64,000 bases of DNA from the human T2T-CHM13v2.0 reference genome, Homo sapiens. Shown piece after piece: positions 13,212 to 28,599 of this stretch; within the stretch, counting starts at the first letter, position 1; every line of letters begins with the position of its first letter. Below the pieces are notes generated by a model. The model had not been told where the DNA came from. It made no database searches and saw nothing but the letters and a program-made list of their open reading frames with translations. The translations under genes and the position numbers were made by a program. The stretch is from assembly GCF_009914755.1 (NCBI RefSeq), contig NC_060933.1; one strand, given 5' to 3'.

Positions 13212-15880
13212 TAGTGGAGGATTTGAAAAAAAAATTAAGAAGCAGACTTAAGATACTTTAATTTTTTTAATTTAAGAAAAAATATTTTCAAAAGATTATG
13301 ACTTAAGGCTCAGATGACTGTTAGCATTTTTAAAGAAATAAGCTGTTTTTAAATTAAGGTATGCACATACTTTTTTAAGACATACTACTATTGCACATTT
13401 AATAGACTATATTACAAACATAACTATCATATGAACCAGGAAACCAAAAAATTTGTGTGACTCACTTTATTGCAATATTTGCTCTATTGCAGTGGTCTGG
13501 AACCAAATCTGCAATATCTCCAAGGTATGCCTGTATCTTTCCCATATGCCTATTTCCCAACTGAGATCAGAATTAACACTTATAATACAGAAAAGGGCTG
13601 GGTGATTGTTTTAACGGCCAGCCGGAAAGCAGAAAGGCTAGGGAGACAGTATCTCAGTCTAAAGAAAACCTAAAAGGCAGAAACCCTTGGGTGATAGGAA
13701 GTGAAGGTAGGTAGATAGAAGAATAAACGTCTGGGTTACTGAGGGCTGTGGGAGGGAGAAAGGAAAGCACAGTATCAATGCAGAAACAGTGTGACTACAT
13801 CACAGTTTTTAAATACTTAATAATAGAAAATGGAAAGAAAAACAACTTCTTTCTAAGCACATCCTACTTTTGACCACCCATGTGGCCAGATCTCTTTGCT
13901 GTGACCCTCTCCATCATCGAGGTGACTAGAAGTACTTCACATTACAGAATTGTGCAACTTGTGAGCTTGAACATTGCCAGGAATCTCCACCTCTCAAAGA
14001 CAATTCTGATTTCTTTACAAATGCAAATATTTGATCCCTGACCCAGAGATAGAATACAAAACTTTAAAACTCTTATCTTCTCATGACAGTTTTAAAAAAA
14101 GAATTAGTAGGGGGCAAAGACCTTTTGGCTGACTACAGAGTTTTCTCATTTTTTTCTTCTAAAAGCAAAGAGAGAAGAGGAAACACCAAATGAGCTTCTC
14201 CTTTCACAATAAAACCCGTTTTCAGACATTCGTCATTCTGGGAACATTGAGATTTTATTAATGGAGATAGTGTTTGGATATTCAGGCTTTCATCAACTAT
14301 AGAAGCTGGCATGGTCTAAATTTGAACAAACTATTGAAATATAGCCATAAATTTCTTGCTGGAGACAGCGTCTCCATATTACAGTTTTTTTCATGACGCA
14401 AACAGTGTCCAAGGAGAAGGGCTAGAGATTCCATTCTAAATGCCACCAGGACATTCTGTTCTTCCTTCTTCACCCTCCAGATGAGAAGGGTTCCTTTCAG
14501 TTCAAAGGATGCTAATCTTGCCTCTCTTGGGACTGTCCCAAATAATAAACAGGCTGACCTTAGCTAAACAGAGCAACTGGTCAAACCTGGGAAGATCAGA
14601 TTTTCAGCCTCAGAAAGCACTGTCATACGAACAAGGTTGGGAGGTTAACAGCATTAAGCCAGTTACTCTTTAGCACATCCTATGAAGTGGTGTCATGTGT
14701 GCTATTTGTGCTATTTCCCAGAGGAGGAACTTAAACTTGAAAGTAATTGACTTGTCAAGCTCCATTCAAACTGAAGTCTGTATTCAAATCCAGATCTTCC
14801 AGTATATTCCCTGACCTAGAAAACCATCTGGGATATAATAGATACCATCTATCTAGGAATCTAGCTATGTATCTACGTAGATACCTCTTGTTTACATAAC
14901 TGAGGCGTTGAGCTGTCTGACTCCAAAAGTGTTTTTCTGCCAGACCATGCTGCATAGAAAGTACAGACTTTTAGAGCATCTGTTAGATTAAATACAGGTT
15001 TCCAACAGGTAGTATTTACCACTACTACAAGTCAGCCAAATCAGAAAGGTTCATTATCCTAAAAGAAATTAAAATCAGTGCCAACCTGTCATAATATACA
15101 TACACACAATTTGTTTCTAAAAGTCTCTAAATGAAAGTTTTGCAAAAGTATTGATGAAAGGTATTTATATATATATGTATATGTACACACACATGTGTAT
15201 CAAGTTCATTTTAATAAGTATATATATATATATCCATTTTTAGCTTTAGATATTACAAAACTATGTAATAATCAGAGTAGACCAGCAGATAAGCCTAATT
15301 AAGTATGCCCACAAACAAAAAGCACATTCTGAATGGAACAAACCAAGTGAAGTGGAGTTATGGAAAATAAGACTAAAGGACAGGCTGCAATGTGATTTTG
15401 GAAGGACGAGAACATTAGGGTAAGAGATTTCTGCTTTCCTTCTTAGGCAGTGGGGATCCATTTAAATTGTTGAGTAGGAAGATCAAAGTGGCTATTTTGT
15501 AGAATGTAGATGAAAGGTTACATGCTCAAAGAGGAGAGAACATCTAAGAAGTTCAATGGGTGCCTGCTATATTTTTCCACAAGAAAGCTGGCTATTACCA
15601 GACTGTATGAACAAGACACGTCCAAGCTTGACAAGCATCACTGACTTATTTTTGGCAGGCGATTTGGGACAAAAAGAAGTTCCCTCATTGCTTTTTTCCT
15701 TTGGTTCCTGTCCTCAAAGGATGACAGCATCTCAAAAGGCAACTCTTCCCAGGAGAAAGCAAGCTCCACACCCAAGAACTTACAAACTCCTTTGCCTGAT
15801 TCTAATCCTGTTTCCCTTTGTCTTATGTAGCTGTCTCCCTAACTTTTAAACCATTTTATCACTGTGTACACAAATGTCTT

Positions 15881-16245
15881 TGTGTTAATCTGTTTTCATA
15901 CTGCTAATAAAGACATACCTGAGACTGGATAATTTATAAAGAAAAAGAGGTTTAATGAACTCACAGTTCCACATGGCTGGGGAGGCCTCACAATCATGGT
16001 GGAAGGCAAAAGGTACATCTTACATGGCGGCAAGCAAGAGGGAGAATGAGAGCCAAGTGAAAGGGGTTTCCCCCTGTAAAACCATCAGGTCTCATGAGAC
16101 TTATTCACTACCACCAGAACAGCACGGGAAAGACCCACCCCCATGATTCAATTAACTCCCACCAGGTCCCTCCCACAACACATGGGAATTATAGGAGCTA
16201 CAATTCAAGAAGAGATTTGGGTGGGGACCCAGCCAAACTATATCA
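15881..16245 (-). mobile_element. THE1 (THE1B-like) MaLR solo LTR
   Basis: tgtgttaatc...ccaaactatatca; perfect TSD GTCTT (15876-15880, 16246-16250). Confidence 0.95.
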
Positions 16246-16857
16246 GTCTTTAATAAATGTGTTTCCACAAAATCTCTAGAACAATTCTGGTTGTGAGGAT
16301 AATTCTTGGTTTCCTTCTTTCCCAGGCTGAGAGTCTTATCGAGGAAGGCAGAATGCTGATACTGACATGGAAGATGCCTAGTACAGTATGCAGAGACAGG
16401 CCTCTTTTTATCTCTTTTCACTTCCTTTCTTCATTAAAGACTCAAGGGGGGAAAAAAAGCTTATTTTGCTTGCTGAGATGATACTTCTGTGTTTTACCTT
16501 TCCTGCTTCAAAATTAATGTTTTAGCTCTCGAGCTAAGACAACTGCTAATCTCATACTCAAAAATGAAACCTAACCTTAGTTCTAGCCACTTGGCTTGAA
16601 AGAAACTTGAATAAAACAGATTTCGCAAGTTAAAAAAAAAAAGAATTTAATGATCAGAATGATAGTGAGGGCCCCTTTGTGCAAGCTGCATGCACTTGCA
16701 GTCTAGGAGGTCTCTCATTTAAGATGCAGACATTGTCCTTAAGGATAATTTTGATGGTTTTTAAACTCCCTGTATAATTGTACTCTCTAAAGTGTGCTTA
16801 TGATTCATAGTTTTTCTTTATCTTCTTTCATTTTAAAAACAGTAATATTTATTGCTA

Positions 16858-17277
<420 letters not shown>

Positions 17278-17782
17278 TTATTCAAAATGTGTACATGTAT
17301 ATATACACACATACATATGTCCACATGTGTATGTACACATATAACCACAATCATATATTTGTACATACTCATTTTTCTTAGAATAAATTTCTGGAATTAT
17401 GAAGATGTAAATGGATATGAATGGTTTAAATTCCTTAGATGTAGATTTTAGCTATTTTTCCATACGTTATCATCAAAAACGAAACACTGACTACCCTGAG
17501 AAAGAAGAAAAATTGAACGAGTGTGCCTTCTTTTCCTCTCTTGCTTACTTCTGAGTGTCTTACTTCTCACTTCTGTCAATATAAGTTATCAAATTATCAA
17601 TATGAAAATCATGGTAATAACATGAATGACTAAAATCAAACAAACAGGTAAGTATACAGTGATATAACCTTATGGTAAAATGTTAGACGTTAAATTTAAA
17701 GGATAAGGGAACCTTGAGTATGATATCAATTATATAATACTACTATATACATTTAAATGCATGTATACACACATGTAGCATG

Positions 17783-18035
17783 CAATAGCCAGTATCTACT
17801 GAGGTCTGTCATATAATTGGCACTGTGCTAATAACCTCATTGAATATACTTCTCATGTAGTCCCTGGCAATAACCTTACGAGATGGGACTGCCTGTATTT
17901 TACAAATGAGGAAACTGAGGTTCAAAGAGGTCAAGAAACTTCTCTGGGCAATACAGCTAGGAATGACGGAGCTGGGATCTTACTCTAAATCTGGATGCCT
18001 CCAGAGGCCTTTGTTCTTAGCCACTATGCTATATT
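17783..18035 (-). mobile_element. MIR
   Basis: attttacaaatgaggaaactgaggttcaaagaggtcaag core. Confidence 0.8.
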
Positions 18036-18721
18036 GGCACAAGAAAAAAATACACTGGATGGAAGTATGTCAAAATGGTGGTGGTCAAGTTCAGAATCAC
18101 TTTTGTAACCTTACTTAAATGATTCTGTATACTATAAAACATTGACATAGGATACGATTTACTTTTATAACCAGAAATAAATTAGTGAATAATAAGTATT
18201 GCATGCAGGCTTTGTGACTCAGACCCAGGTGGCCTGGATCACTCAGACCCTCCGTAGGAAGACCATTATTATTATTATGCAGAAACCCTTGGGTTGGCCA
18301 TACTTTTTTTCCTCTTCTGTCTTGTAGCTGAGGTGGAACAGCCTCCTAATGAGGCAGATGTCTTTTTAAAGTCCTCCAGTTTTCTCTAGAGAATGCTAAT
18401 TACTCCCAAACCACCCCCTAAAAAAACTCCACTCACTTTAACTAGAAATTATAAAAAAGGTATATCCAGATGTCAGCAACAAAGATAATATTTTTTAAAC
18501 TTGGAAAAAATAACTGTAACAATATGCATGGAAAACTATATAATTCATTCTTTTGGATAGGCCAAAATAAAGTCTTTTTTTTTTTTTTAAGGTTGTTGAG
18601 GGCAGATTAACTAGTGCTGAGTGTGTATATTGTCAATATTGTGATAACTTTGTAGTTGGAAGATAAAATAACTTCTTTTCAAATATAAGCTAAGGTATGA
18701 AAAAAACTTTAAAATGTTCTT

Positions 18722-19033
<312 letters not shown>

Positions 19034-19577
19034 AAAGTTCTTAAGCTTTTCAGGGGCAGGGCAATACGTTTTTAATAAGACTAAGAAACACTATGCTAAA
19101 CCTGATTCTTGAGGGAGCCAACCAATATATTAGAAAGCCACATGACTGGGCTATATCTTTAAGCCCCACAGAATTGCTTTCATTGAACTGCACTTTGGTT
19201 ACAGACCACCAACCTTCACTGAGAAATGATATGGCATGACTTTATGGGACATGGTACTGAATGTGCCATAAAGAATGTAGAGCTCTCCAGAACATCACAT
19301 CATAGCTGATGCATCCAACACAGAGCAATACCCAAATGAGAAATGTCTCTTTGGACTCAGTACTTAGAAGGGTTATTTCTCCTGATTTTACTTTATGGCC
19401 ACCAAATCATGAACGTTATTGTGTTTTACATCTTCATTAACTGCTAGAAAGTATGTCTTTACCTGACTCCATGTCATTTTCTTAGATTTCTTTTTCCCTT
19501 TCCCTCCTTTTTCTTGCTTATTTTAAACTCAACTTTGTCCTCTGAACTGAATGCATCTTTTTAAGCTGTCTTAAATA

Positions 19578-19884
19578 CTTTGTTTTGAGACTGGGTCTCG
19601 CTCTGCCACCCAGGCTGTAGTACAGTGGCACGATCACAGCTCACTGTAGCCTCCACCTACAGGCCTCATGCTATCCTTCCAACTCAGCCTTCCAAGTAGC
19701 TCGGACAAGAGGCATGCACCACCATGCCCAACTAACTTTTGTTTTTTGTTTGTTTGTTTGTTTTTTTGTAGAGATGGGGTTTTTCCATGTCATCAGGCTG
19801 GTCTCGAACTCCTAAGCTCAAGCAATCCATCCACTTTGGCCTCCCAAAGTGCTAGAATTATAGGTGTGAGCCACTGCACCAGCC
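19578..19884 (-). mobile_element. AluJ
   Basis: Reverse Alu with gatcacagctcactgtagcctc and ctaagctcaagc. Confidence 0.93.
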
Positions 19885-20588
19885 AAATCCTTTTTTAAAT
19901 AAAAGATTAAGTATAAATAAACAGGCACATACTCTGTACACTTCTGTAAGACTGTTTATGTAAGACTGCTATTGGACATAAGAACCACCCAACATGAATG
20001 AAACCAGCATGTTTCCTATACCAAAAAGAAAATAAATTTTCATTTATATTTTAACAGTGAGATTGAAACAATCTAAGGTCTCTCACCCACAGGCCATTCT
20101 GCAGACACTCAGGTTACAACCTGAACCCAACAGAGTAGCTGGCTTATGTACAGGCTCATGATTACATCATGATTATGTGTTTCCATGCCACTGTGTTCAG
20201 GAAGTAAGCGGTCTGGGTATAAGATTTCTAGCCATCCTTGAGGTGAGTGGACAGAAGGAACTGTCAGGTTAGAGATGCAGCATTTCAAAAACAAACAGAA
20301 GGGATGAAGGAAGGGGAAGTGAAGGAACAGGTAAAGAGATATGAGACTCAGAGAAGAGTAATGTCTCTGTAGCCAAAATTAAAGAAAACTTCAAAAAGAA
20401 AGTACTAGATGATACATTCTTTAACAGATGACTAATATTCCTGGCACAAACTTTTTAAAAACTAAGTATACATTTAAATACATAACATTCCATCCTTTAG
20501 CCTTCAACCTAACAACATCAATTCCTTTAAAACAGCATTTTTGAAAAGCTGGTTTTTTTTTTTCCATCTGTACTCAAAATGGTACATC

Positions 20589-21213
20589 TATGGTGGACAC
20601 ACCCTAAGATGTTCCAAAATGAGTCACACTCTTGTGTAGTCCCCCTTCCCCTGGTGTGTGAGCAGAACCTGTAACTTGCTTCTAGCCATAGAATACAGTT
20701 ATAGGATGCCACTCCCTTGATTAGGTTCTGTCAAATAGCAAAAGTGAAGGGGTTTTGCATATGTAATTAAATTGACAATAAATTGCTCAAAAGGGAGATT
20801 ACCCTGGGTCAGTTGGACTGACTTAAGTGAGCTCTCACAGAGGCCAGAGACTGGAAGAAGTACAGATTTCTCTCTCTCTCCCTCTATCTCTCCCTCCCTC
20901 TCTCCCTCTGCCCACCCCCTGCCTCCGCCCATTGCTGGCCTTGAAGATGCAAGTTGCCATGAATTCTACAGTCACAAGGAAATGAATTCTACCAGCAACC
21001 TAAGGAACTTGAAGCAGATCCTTCCCTAGTCGAGCCTCCACATGAGAATGCAACCCAACTGGTACGCAGACTTCAGCTTGTGAGACCCCAAGCACAGAAC
21101 CCAGCTAAGCATGCCTGGACTTTTAACCTACAGAGACTGAGAGATAATTCATGGGTGTGTTTTAAACCACTAAGTCTGTGACAATTTGCGATGTAGCATA
21201 GAAAATGAATACA
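20589..21213 (+). mobile_element. MLT1E/F-type MaLR solo LTR
   Basis: agaacctgtaacttgcttctagcc...ttgctggccttgaaga...ttttaaaccactaagt...gaaaatgaataca; TSD ACATC/ACACC. Confidence 0.85.
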
Positions 21214-22506
21214 ACACCTAAAGACAGAGACAATTTGCATGGGAATTGCCTTTTAATCCACTAAACAGAAAAAAATGTAACGGAAACTTCAGACTCCTCT
21301 CTTAACTTCTCACATCACTTAGCCAAGTTCTCCCACATTAGATGTTCCAGATACTTAAACTAAAGCAGCTGTCACCATATCCAAAGTGCTTCGCTGGAGA
21401 ACCATCACATGACACCACTGTGGGAGTTTCAATGCTTGCTGGCCCAAGGAAATCTGCCTCCAATAAACCAGGAAATGTTTAACCCAGACAGCCTGTAACT
21501 TCCACAATTTTCTAATCAGCCACCAGAGAGTCCTCTTTAGATTGTCATAGTGACTCAGCACACACACATCAATGCCTTCAACCCCAAAGCTGCACATCTA
21601 TGTACGTAGTTGTTCTCCCTTCACCTACTTGGGCATGAAAATCACCAAATGAGCACAGAATCAGCAAACTTTGTATAGGCCACAAAGGAGGAGGCAACGT
21701 TTCATTTCCATTTTAGCACTGAGATCAAAACACAGCCAAAGGCCAGGCTATTCAGCTGAGACTTGATTCCATAATAGCATGTTCTCTCTGCCCTGCACAA
21801 AATTATACCCTGATTATGTATTTCCATGCCATTGTGCCCAGAAGGTGGTTAGGCAGCAACAGCTCTAGCATGGGTGGAAGGTTTAGGCATCTGAATATTT
21901 GGAAAAGTAGGGAATGGGGGGAAGGGAAAGTTTGTCTCTTTTTCTGAAGCATTTTTCTGTCAACTGGAAATCAAACTTACCAATGCTTACATTATACTTT
22001 TCTGAGTGATGAATACAATGCTTTGGATGCATAGTTCAAGTAAGGTCGATAAGCAATTTATCTTTTGAAATTATTTCTAATGAGAGAGCATTGGCAATTT
22101 TTTTCAACTGTTGTGATTTTTATGCACTAATTAAAATCATTATAATACTTATATATACTAGACACAGCAGAAATAGCAAATTTTCATTGTTTAAAAAGAC
22201 ATCAGAGAATAACAATCTTCTTTTCCTTTTTTTCTTCCCTTCCTCTTTTGTTTTTACCTTTTGAAATACTAAAGGCAACAAAATAGCAAGTAATGAGCAC
22301 CAGCATTGAAACTACAAGTCCTAGGTTAGGGTATGGGGTCTAGCAAATACTTAATTTCCTTCAGTAATTCACGTCATCTCTCTGAATCTGTTTTATCATC
22401 TCTAAAATGGGTAAAACACTATCTGCACTATCATACCTACAATTTCATAAAAATCATCACAGATAATATGTCTACAAAGATATTGTAGTATATATAAACC
22501 AAATGT

Positions 22507-22940
22507 GGCCAGGCACAGTGGCCCATGCCTGTATTCTCAGCACTTTGGGAGACTGATGTGGGAGGAATACTTGAGGCCAGGAGTCCCAGACCAGCCTGGG
22601 AAACATAATGAGACCCCATCTCAACAACAACAACAAATTTTTTTTTTTTTAATTAGCCAGACGTTACGGCACTTGACTATAGTCCTAGCTGCACACGAGG
22701 CTAAAGTGGGAGAATCCCTTGAGCCCAGGAGTTTGAAGCTGCAGTAAGCAAGGATCGCTACTGTACTCCAGCCTGTGTGACAGAGCAAAACCCTGTTTCA
22801 AAAAACAAAACAAAAAACAAAACAAAACAAAAAACAGGGTGAGGTAGGACGATGGCTGGAGACCAGGAGGTTGAGGCTGCAGTGAGCTGTGATCTAGCCA
22901 CTGTACTCCAGTATAGGTGACAGAGCAAGATCTTATCTCA
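22507..22940 (+). mobile_element. AluJ followed by a partial Alu right arm (22836-22940)
   Basis: Full dimer with (AAAAC)n tail, then gaggttgaggctgcagtgagctgtgatc...gacagagcaagat. Confidence 0.88.
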
Positions 22941-23104
22941 GTTTAATTAAAGGAAATTATATGAATGTATTTTTCCTTTCAATATTTATGTTTCCTCTCA
23001 TGAACTGACAAACTAAACTTTAAGAGCCAGTAGTTTATTACTCTGTTCCTAAAGACATTAAAATAGTTAAAAGTAAATTACGAAATTACTGTCAGAAAAA
23101 TATA

Positions 23105-23310
23105 GTAACAGTTAACATTTAATAAATGTCAGACATTGACTAAAGGGCATCACATAACTTTTCATTTGATTCTCACATGAAGGAAGTCAATTATCTCTAT
23201 TTTACAGATGAGGAATCTGAAGTTTCAGGAAGTTAAAGAGTAAGTAGTAAACCTATGATAAAAAAAATTAAGCAGGTTAATCCGGAGTCCACAATTAACC
23301 ACTCAACTGT
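23105..23310 (-). mobile_element. MIR
   Basis: attttacagatgaggaatctgaag core. Confidence 0.65.
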
Positions 23311-23829
23311 TTCAAATACATTTTCCGGGTTGATACTCCAAGAAAAGGAGCGATGAGATGTGGTCTCAGCATACAGGTGGTCTTGTTGTTATAAAGCAGA
23401 GTGTTCCTAGTGAGCTAGGAGACCTGATGTGGAGGACAAGCCCACCCACATTGCAGGGAGACCGCCACAGACAGAAGCTAATGGCCAGCCACATGAAAGG
23501 CATGCCATTAGGGCAGGTTATGATGGACGTAATGCTCCCTGGAGTTGTGAACTGAAGAAGTCCTGTAGAATTTAGAACACATCAATTGACCTACAGCCAG
23601 CTACCAAACCACATCAGAGCCTACGGGGCTGCATCTAGGTCTGCAAAGGTCCAGAAGTTACAGAGACTGCTGCTGCTTGATGGTGAGTATGCAGAGAGCG
23701 GACCTGAGCAGCGGAGAAAGTAACCAGAGAGCTGGAACCAAGAAATAAAAGTAGGAACTGGGGAAGAAGAGTCAATGAGATGAAAGAAAACAAAACTGAA
23801 GTAAAGCCAGAAACCAGAAATACTGTAAG

Positions 23830-24390
23830 GCTCTGGTTCCCAAACTGTGCCCCCAGGAACCTTGGGGTGCCACAGTGAATTCAGAGGAATGCTACTAGAT
23901 ATTTTTAATTTGAGGGCAGCTAACACTCGACATCTCTCAGACACCCTCTGAACTACGAGCATAAAGTAGTTCAGCGCTTCAACATTAAATGGCATTACAT
24001 TCCTTTCAATGACATCATGTCCTTGCAATATGATATCTGCTATAATAAAAATGAAGTGTAAACATAAAACTCAGTGTGGAACAGAAAATGAAGATGGTGG
24101 TTTCCAATCTGAATTCAAGTTTTGAAAAGTTGTGCAGTGCCCAACAGGTGCATACATACCTTAGTAAATATGAAGGATTAGATAAAAATGATAATTCTTT
24201 CAATTTATATGGTTTTGTTTTACAAAATGGCTACTAATTTATCAGGACCTATATACGTATTAAGTTGAATTAACTAATTAAGTTGAATATACTTATTAAG
24301 TTGATTTAATAAATGAAACTGTTAGGTATTTCTTTTAGCTTTGGGGCACTGTAAAAAAACTGAGACAGTATGAGCACTGAACTGAGACGT
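23830..24390 (+). mobile_element. hAT-Charlie-like DNA transposon remnant
   Basis: ggttcccaaactgtgcc terminus; tttgaaaagttgtgcagtgcccaacaggtgcat resembles a Charlie transposase C-terminus. Confidence 0.55.
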
Positions 24391-24481
24391 CATGGGAATA
24401 TTACTTAGGGATTAAAGTTGTCTAGGGAAGATAGAAAAGTAAAGGATCTCAGCAGTGAGTTGCATATCTGTTTTCAAGGTC

Positions 24482-24490
24482 TTATTATTA

Positions 24491-24530
<40 letters not shown>

Positions 24531-24717
24531 CTTTAAGTTCTGGGGTACATATGCAGAACGTGCAGGTTTGTTACATAGGTATACACGTGCCATGGTGGTT
24601 TGCTGCACCCATCAACCCATCATCCACATTGGGTATTTCTCCTAACGCTATCCCTCCCTCAGCCCCCCAACCCCCAACAGGCCCCAGTGTGTGATATTCT
24701 CCTCTCTGTGTCCATGC
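24482..24717 (-). mobile_element. L1PA (about PA6-8) 3' end with (TAT)n tail
   Basis: tatactttaagttctggggtacat...ggtggtttgctgcacccatcaaccc. Confidence 0.93.
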
Positions 24718-24958
24718 TTTGACATGGCAACACCACTCAATACAAAGGAGACTTGCCCCACTGAGTCCTAGAAGCATCATGGGTCCTGACCCTTGTGGTC
24801 TGGTCCTGCTCAAGACATAATAAAGATCTGCCACAATGAGGATTAATTCAGGGACTTTAGATTTCAGCATGGCAATATGATAATCTGATGAAAACAAGTT
24901 ATGTATCATGTATTTTATAATAGTACCTACCAAGTACTTATAAACTTGGCATCTTATA

Positions 24959-25325
24959 CAGACGGTCCCTGACTTACAATGGTTTGATTTAGGATTTTTT
25001 GACTTTATGACAGTGTAAAAGTGATACACCCATTCCTTAGAAACTGTACTTTGGGTACCCATACAACCATTCTGTTTTTCACTTTCATTTCAGTATTCAA
25101 TAAATCGATGAGATATTCAACACTTTATTGTACAATAGGCTTTGTGTTAGATTATTTTGGCCAACTGTAGGCTAATGTAAGTGTTCTGAGCATGTTTAAG
25201 GTAGGATAGGCTAAGCTATGATGTTCCAAGGTTATGTGTATTAAATGCATTTTCAACTTACAATATTTTCAATTTACGATGGATTTATGGAGATGTAACC
25301 CCACCGCTAAGTCAGGAAACATTTG
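24959..25325 (-). mobile_element. MER47A (TcMar-Tigger MITE)
   Basis: TA|cagacggtccctgacttac...ccaactgtaggctaatgtaagtgttctgagc...taagtcaggaaacatttg; about 367 bp. Confidence 0.88.
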
Positions 25326-26222
25326 TGTAATAATCTCACTTAACCTTTTGAGGTTTTACTGTTTCTGCTGTGTCTCTCATTTAACACGCAAGGAAACTGG
25401 AGCTTGCAGCCATTGGATACATTGCTCAAGCGGACTCTGCTGGTATGCAGTAGTGTCAGGATGAGAATCCAGGAAGTTGGGACTTCAAAAGTAACACTGT
25501 TAATCACCACGCTGTCTTTTTCAGCTGTTAGGCCTTTAGATTTCTAAAGAAGTAAATATACACTAGACTTTCACATGGAACAAAGTACTTCAAAGGAGTA
25601 CATATATTTTTATGTGGCCACATACATTCCTATTTTTGTTTATCTTGGTTTCTAAATCCTTAAAAAGTTTCCATCTCTTTTTTAGGTTTGCTAATGTTTA
25701 TCATCATGAATAAAGATAACACAAATGGTTGTAACATAGTGCCATTAAAAAAAATCCAATATTGTCATGAATGTGACAAAAGACTCCCAATCCCCTTGTG
25801 ATAAATTGGCACAAGCTTTCTGAAGAACATTTAACAATAAGTCATTATGATTCATTACTCTGTGAGGAAGGAATCATAAGAGATATTTATCTTAATGTTA
25901 TTATAATAGCAAAAAAAAAAAAAAGAAAACGTAAATGTCTAATGATTATATATTTCATCATATGAATGTACCGAACTTTGGGTAGAAAAATCACACTTTC
26001 AAAGATTACTTAATGGCATAATAAATGCTCAAGACAATCTTTTAAAGAATCTATAAAGTGGTATGCATTATATGAATTGAATAAACTATTAATTAGCAAA
26101 GGACTAGAAAGAAACAGTATATTCAACTTAATATTTTGGTTAATTATGAAAGGTAAAATTCTAAATGATTTTCTTTTTTTTCCTTAATGAATATGCATTA
26201 GTTTGCTAATCAAAAAAAGAGT

Positions 26223-26355
26223 AAGCTGGGTGTGGTGGCATGCACCTGCAGTTCTAGCTACTCAGGAGGCTGAGGCAGGAGGATCACTAAAGCCCACTGA
26301 GTTCAATTCCAGCCTGAGCAACATAGCAATACACTATCTCTTAGAAAAAAAAAAA
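26223..26355 (+). mobile_element. FLAM free Alu monomer
   Basis: Single 7SL-derived monomer with A tail. Confidence 0.85.
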
Positions 26356-27588
26356 GAGGAAATGTGATGTGATTAAAATAAGATTCAGTACTTAACAAGG
26401 TAAATGCAGTCTAATACTTCATTCCCTAAACATCACCTGTATGTCAACAGCCAAGTCATACATAAAATTCATTTACATAAAGCTTTCCTGATTTTACTTC
26501 CAACAAGATAGTCTCTCTCCTCTAAATTCTCATACAGCTTTATTTGTACTTCTTTTATGGTACTTTTGTCACCTTTTGCCTTTCTCAATAATTATCTATG
26601 TATATGTGCCATCCTTCCTACCAGACTATAGGCATTGGCATGTCACGGCCAGATTTGCTTCATAATTACATCTGCCATGAGTCTGACTCCCATTCTCCCT
26701 GTATTTTAGTCATATTTGTAAGTGAATAGGGATTATACATTTTGGTATTTGTTTTCCCATCACACAACAGGCAATATGCCACCCACGCTGAATTGGTTTG
26801 TATATAGTTGCAGTGCTCTTTATGGCACCCAAGGAGACAAATAGGCTTAGTGGATGGCACCCCAAAATACAGTTTTTTCCTGAGATTTTGGATATAGATA
26901 TAGATATATGACATAATATATATTTAATTATATATATATAAAATAGTCCATATATATAAAGATTGTCTGGCCTCTTGGGGGATACATTGGTCCGTGTATC
27001 CAAGATGCTTGAGCAGATGCTGAAAAACCACTTATCATTGCTCCCATATAGACAATTCAAGCCTGGCTTTGGAAGATTGTATGAACATCATATTCCTGAT
27101 AGTCTCATAATCCTGATAGATGACAGTTTATAGAATCCTGCTGGGATTCTACATCATTGATTGAATGAATGACTAGAGGATGAATTTCTGGATAAATATA
27201 CAAACTAACGAGTGGAATCCCCATATAGAACCTTCAGATCACCTTGTACAGGCAGAGAATGGGAAAATGCCACTCATCATTATACAGGCCTATAAAAGAA
27301 GCTAGATAACTTCAAGGAATGCCCATCCTGGGAAGGCAGCTCCAACCACTAATCACAGCAGGCCACAGGTGGCCCTTTCATGTATGTGAGCCACAGGTAA
27401 AGTATGAGAACATTACATTCACCGCAGCATGTGCCAGGCAGCATGCTAAGCACTTGAACAAATCTAATTTTCTCAACAATCTCCTCATTTGGGAGACAGT
27501 ACTCTACCCAGTTATAGATGGGAATAGAAGCTCAGAAGGGTCAAATATACTGCTCTAGGTCACACAATTAACATGTCATCAGAACTGG

Positions 27589-27893
27589 TTTTTTTTTGTT
27601 TTTTGTTTTTTTGAGTTGGACTGTCGCTCTGTCACCCAGGCTGGAGTGCAGTGGTGCGATCTCGGCTCACTGCAAGCTCTGCCTCCCGGGTTCGCGCCAT
27701 TCTCCTGCCTCAGTCTCCTGAGTAGCTTGGACTACAGGCGCCTGCCACTGCGCCCGGCTAATTTTTTGTATTTTTAGTAGAGATGGGGTTTCACCATGTT
27801 AGCCAGGATGGTCTCGATCTCCTGACCTCGTGATCCGCCCGCCTAGGCCTCCCAAAGTGCTGGGATTACAGGCGTGAGCCACCACGCCCAGCC
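27589..27893 (-). mobile_element. AluY-type inserted in a MIR
   Basis: tgcaagctc, gccattctc and ttagccaggatggtctcgatctc diagnostics; TSD CAGAACTGG. Confidence 0.93.
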
Positions 27894-28599
27894 CAGAACT
27901 GGGTTTTTGCACACAAGGACATGTGAGTCCGACTCCCAAGCTCTTCAGATTATACCATGCTGACTCAGGAAGAAATTAAAGCCTATGAACAAGCAAATGA
28001 TTGATTTACCCTTTTTCTACAAAAGTTTCCATGCAGACACATACAATTGTATTAGGTTAATGCAAAAATAAATATACATTGTTGCTCCATCCTCATTCTT
28101 GGGGGAAACAAATGGTTTCTCCTCAGGATAATATAAAATCATATGCCTACTTGAAACATTCTTAGATACCCCATAATTTCTCAAGATACCTTTTAGTAGA
28201 TCAGGTGATTTTCAGACATTAATTTACAGGTGACAAATTTTCCTAGGGTGATAAAACTAATTAGTGTGGATGTTTCAAATATTTTGAGAGGAAAGTCTAT
28301 TTAGTGTGAAACAATCTATTTTCTTTCATAGCTCTTCAAGAGCCAAGAATTTTGTCCGAGTGGTTTTGTGTTTTTTTTTCCCCTAACTCTCCTTTCCTTT
28401 CCTTTTCCCTTCTGATCCTCTCCCCTGTAAAGCAAGTGTGCAAACTCACATGCCTGGGGCAATCACGGATACTCACAGTACCAAAAATGTGCCCATTTCA
28501 GTGGAAAAGGTGAAAAGGGTTTTAAAATTGAGCAAGGACAGGTTGAATGCCATGTAATTTAAACCAAAGCCGGCAACTCCTCACACGGTCATTGTTGAA

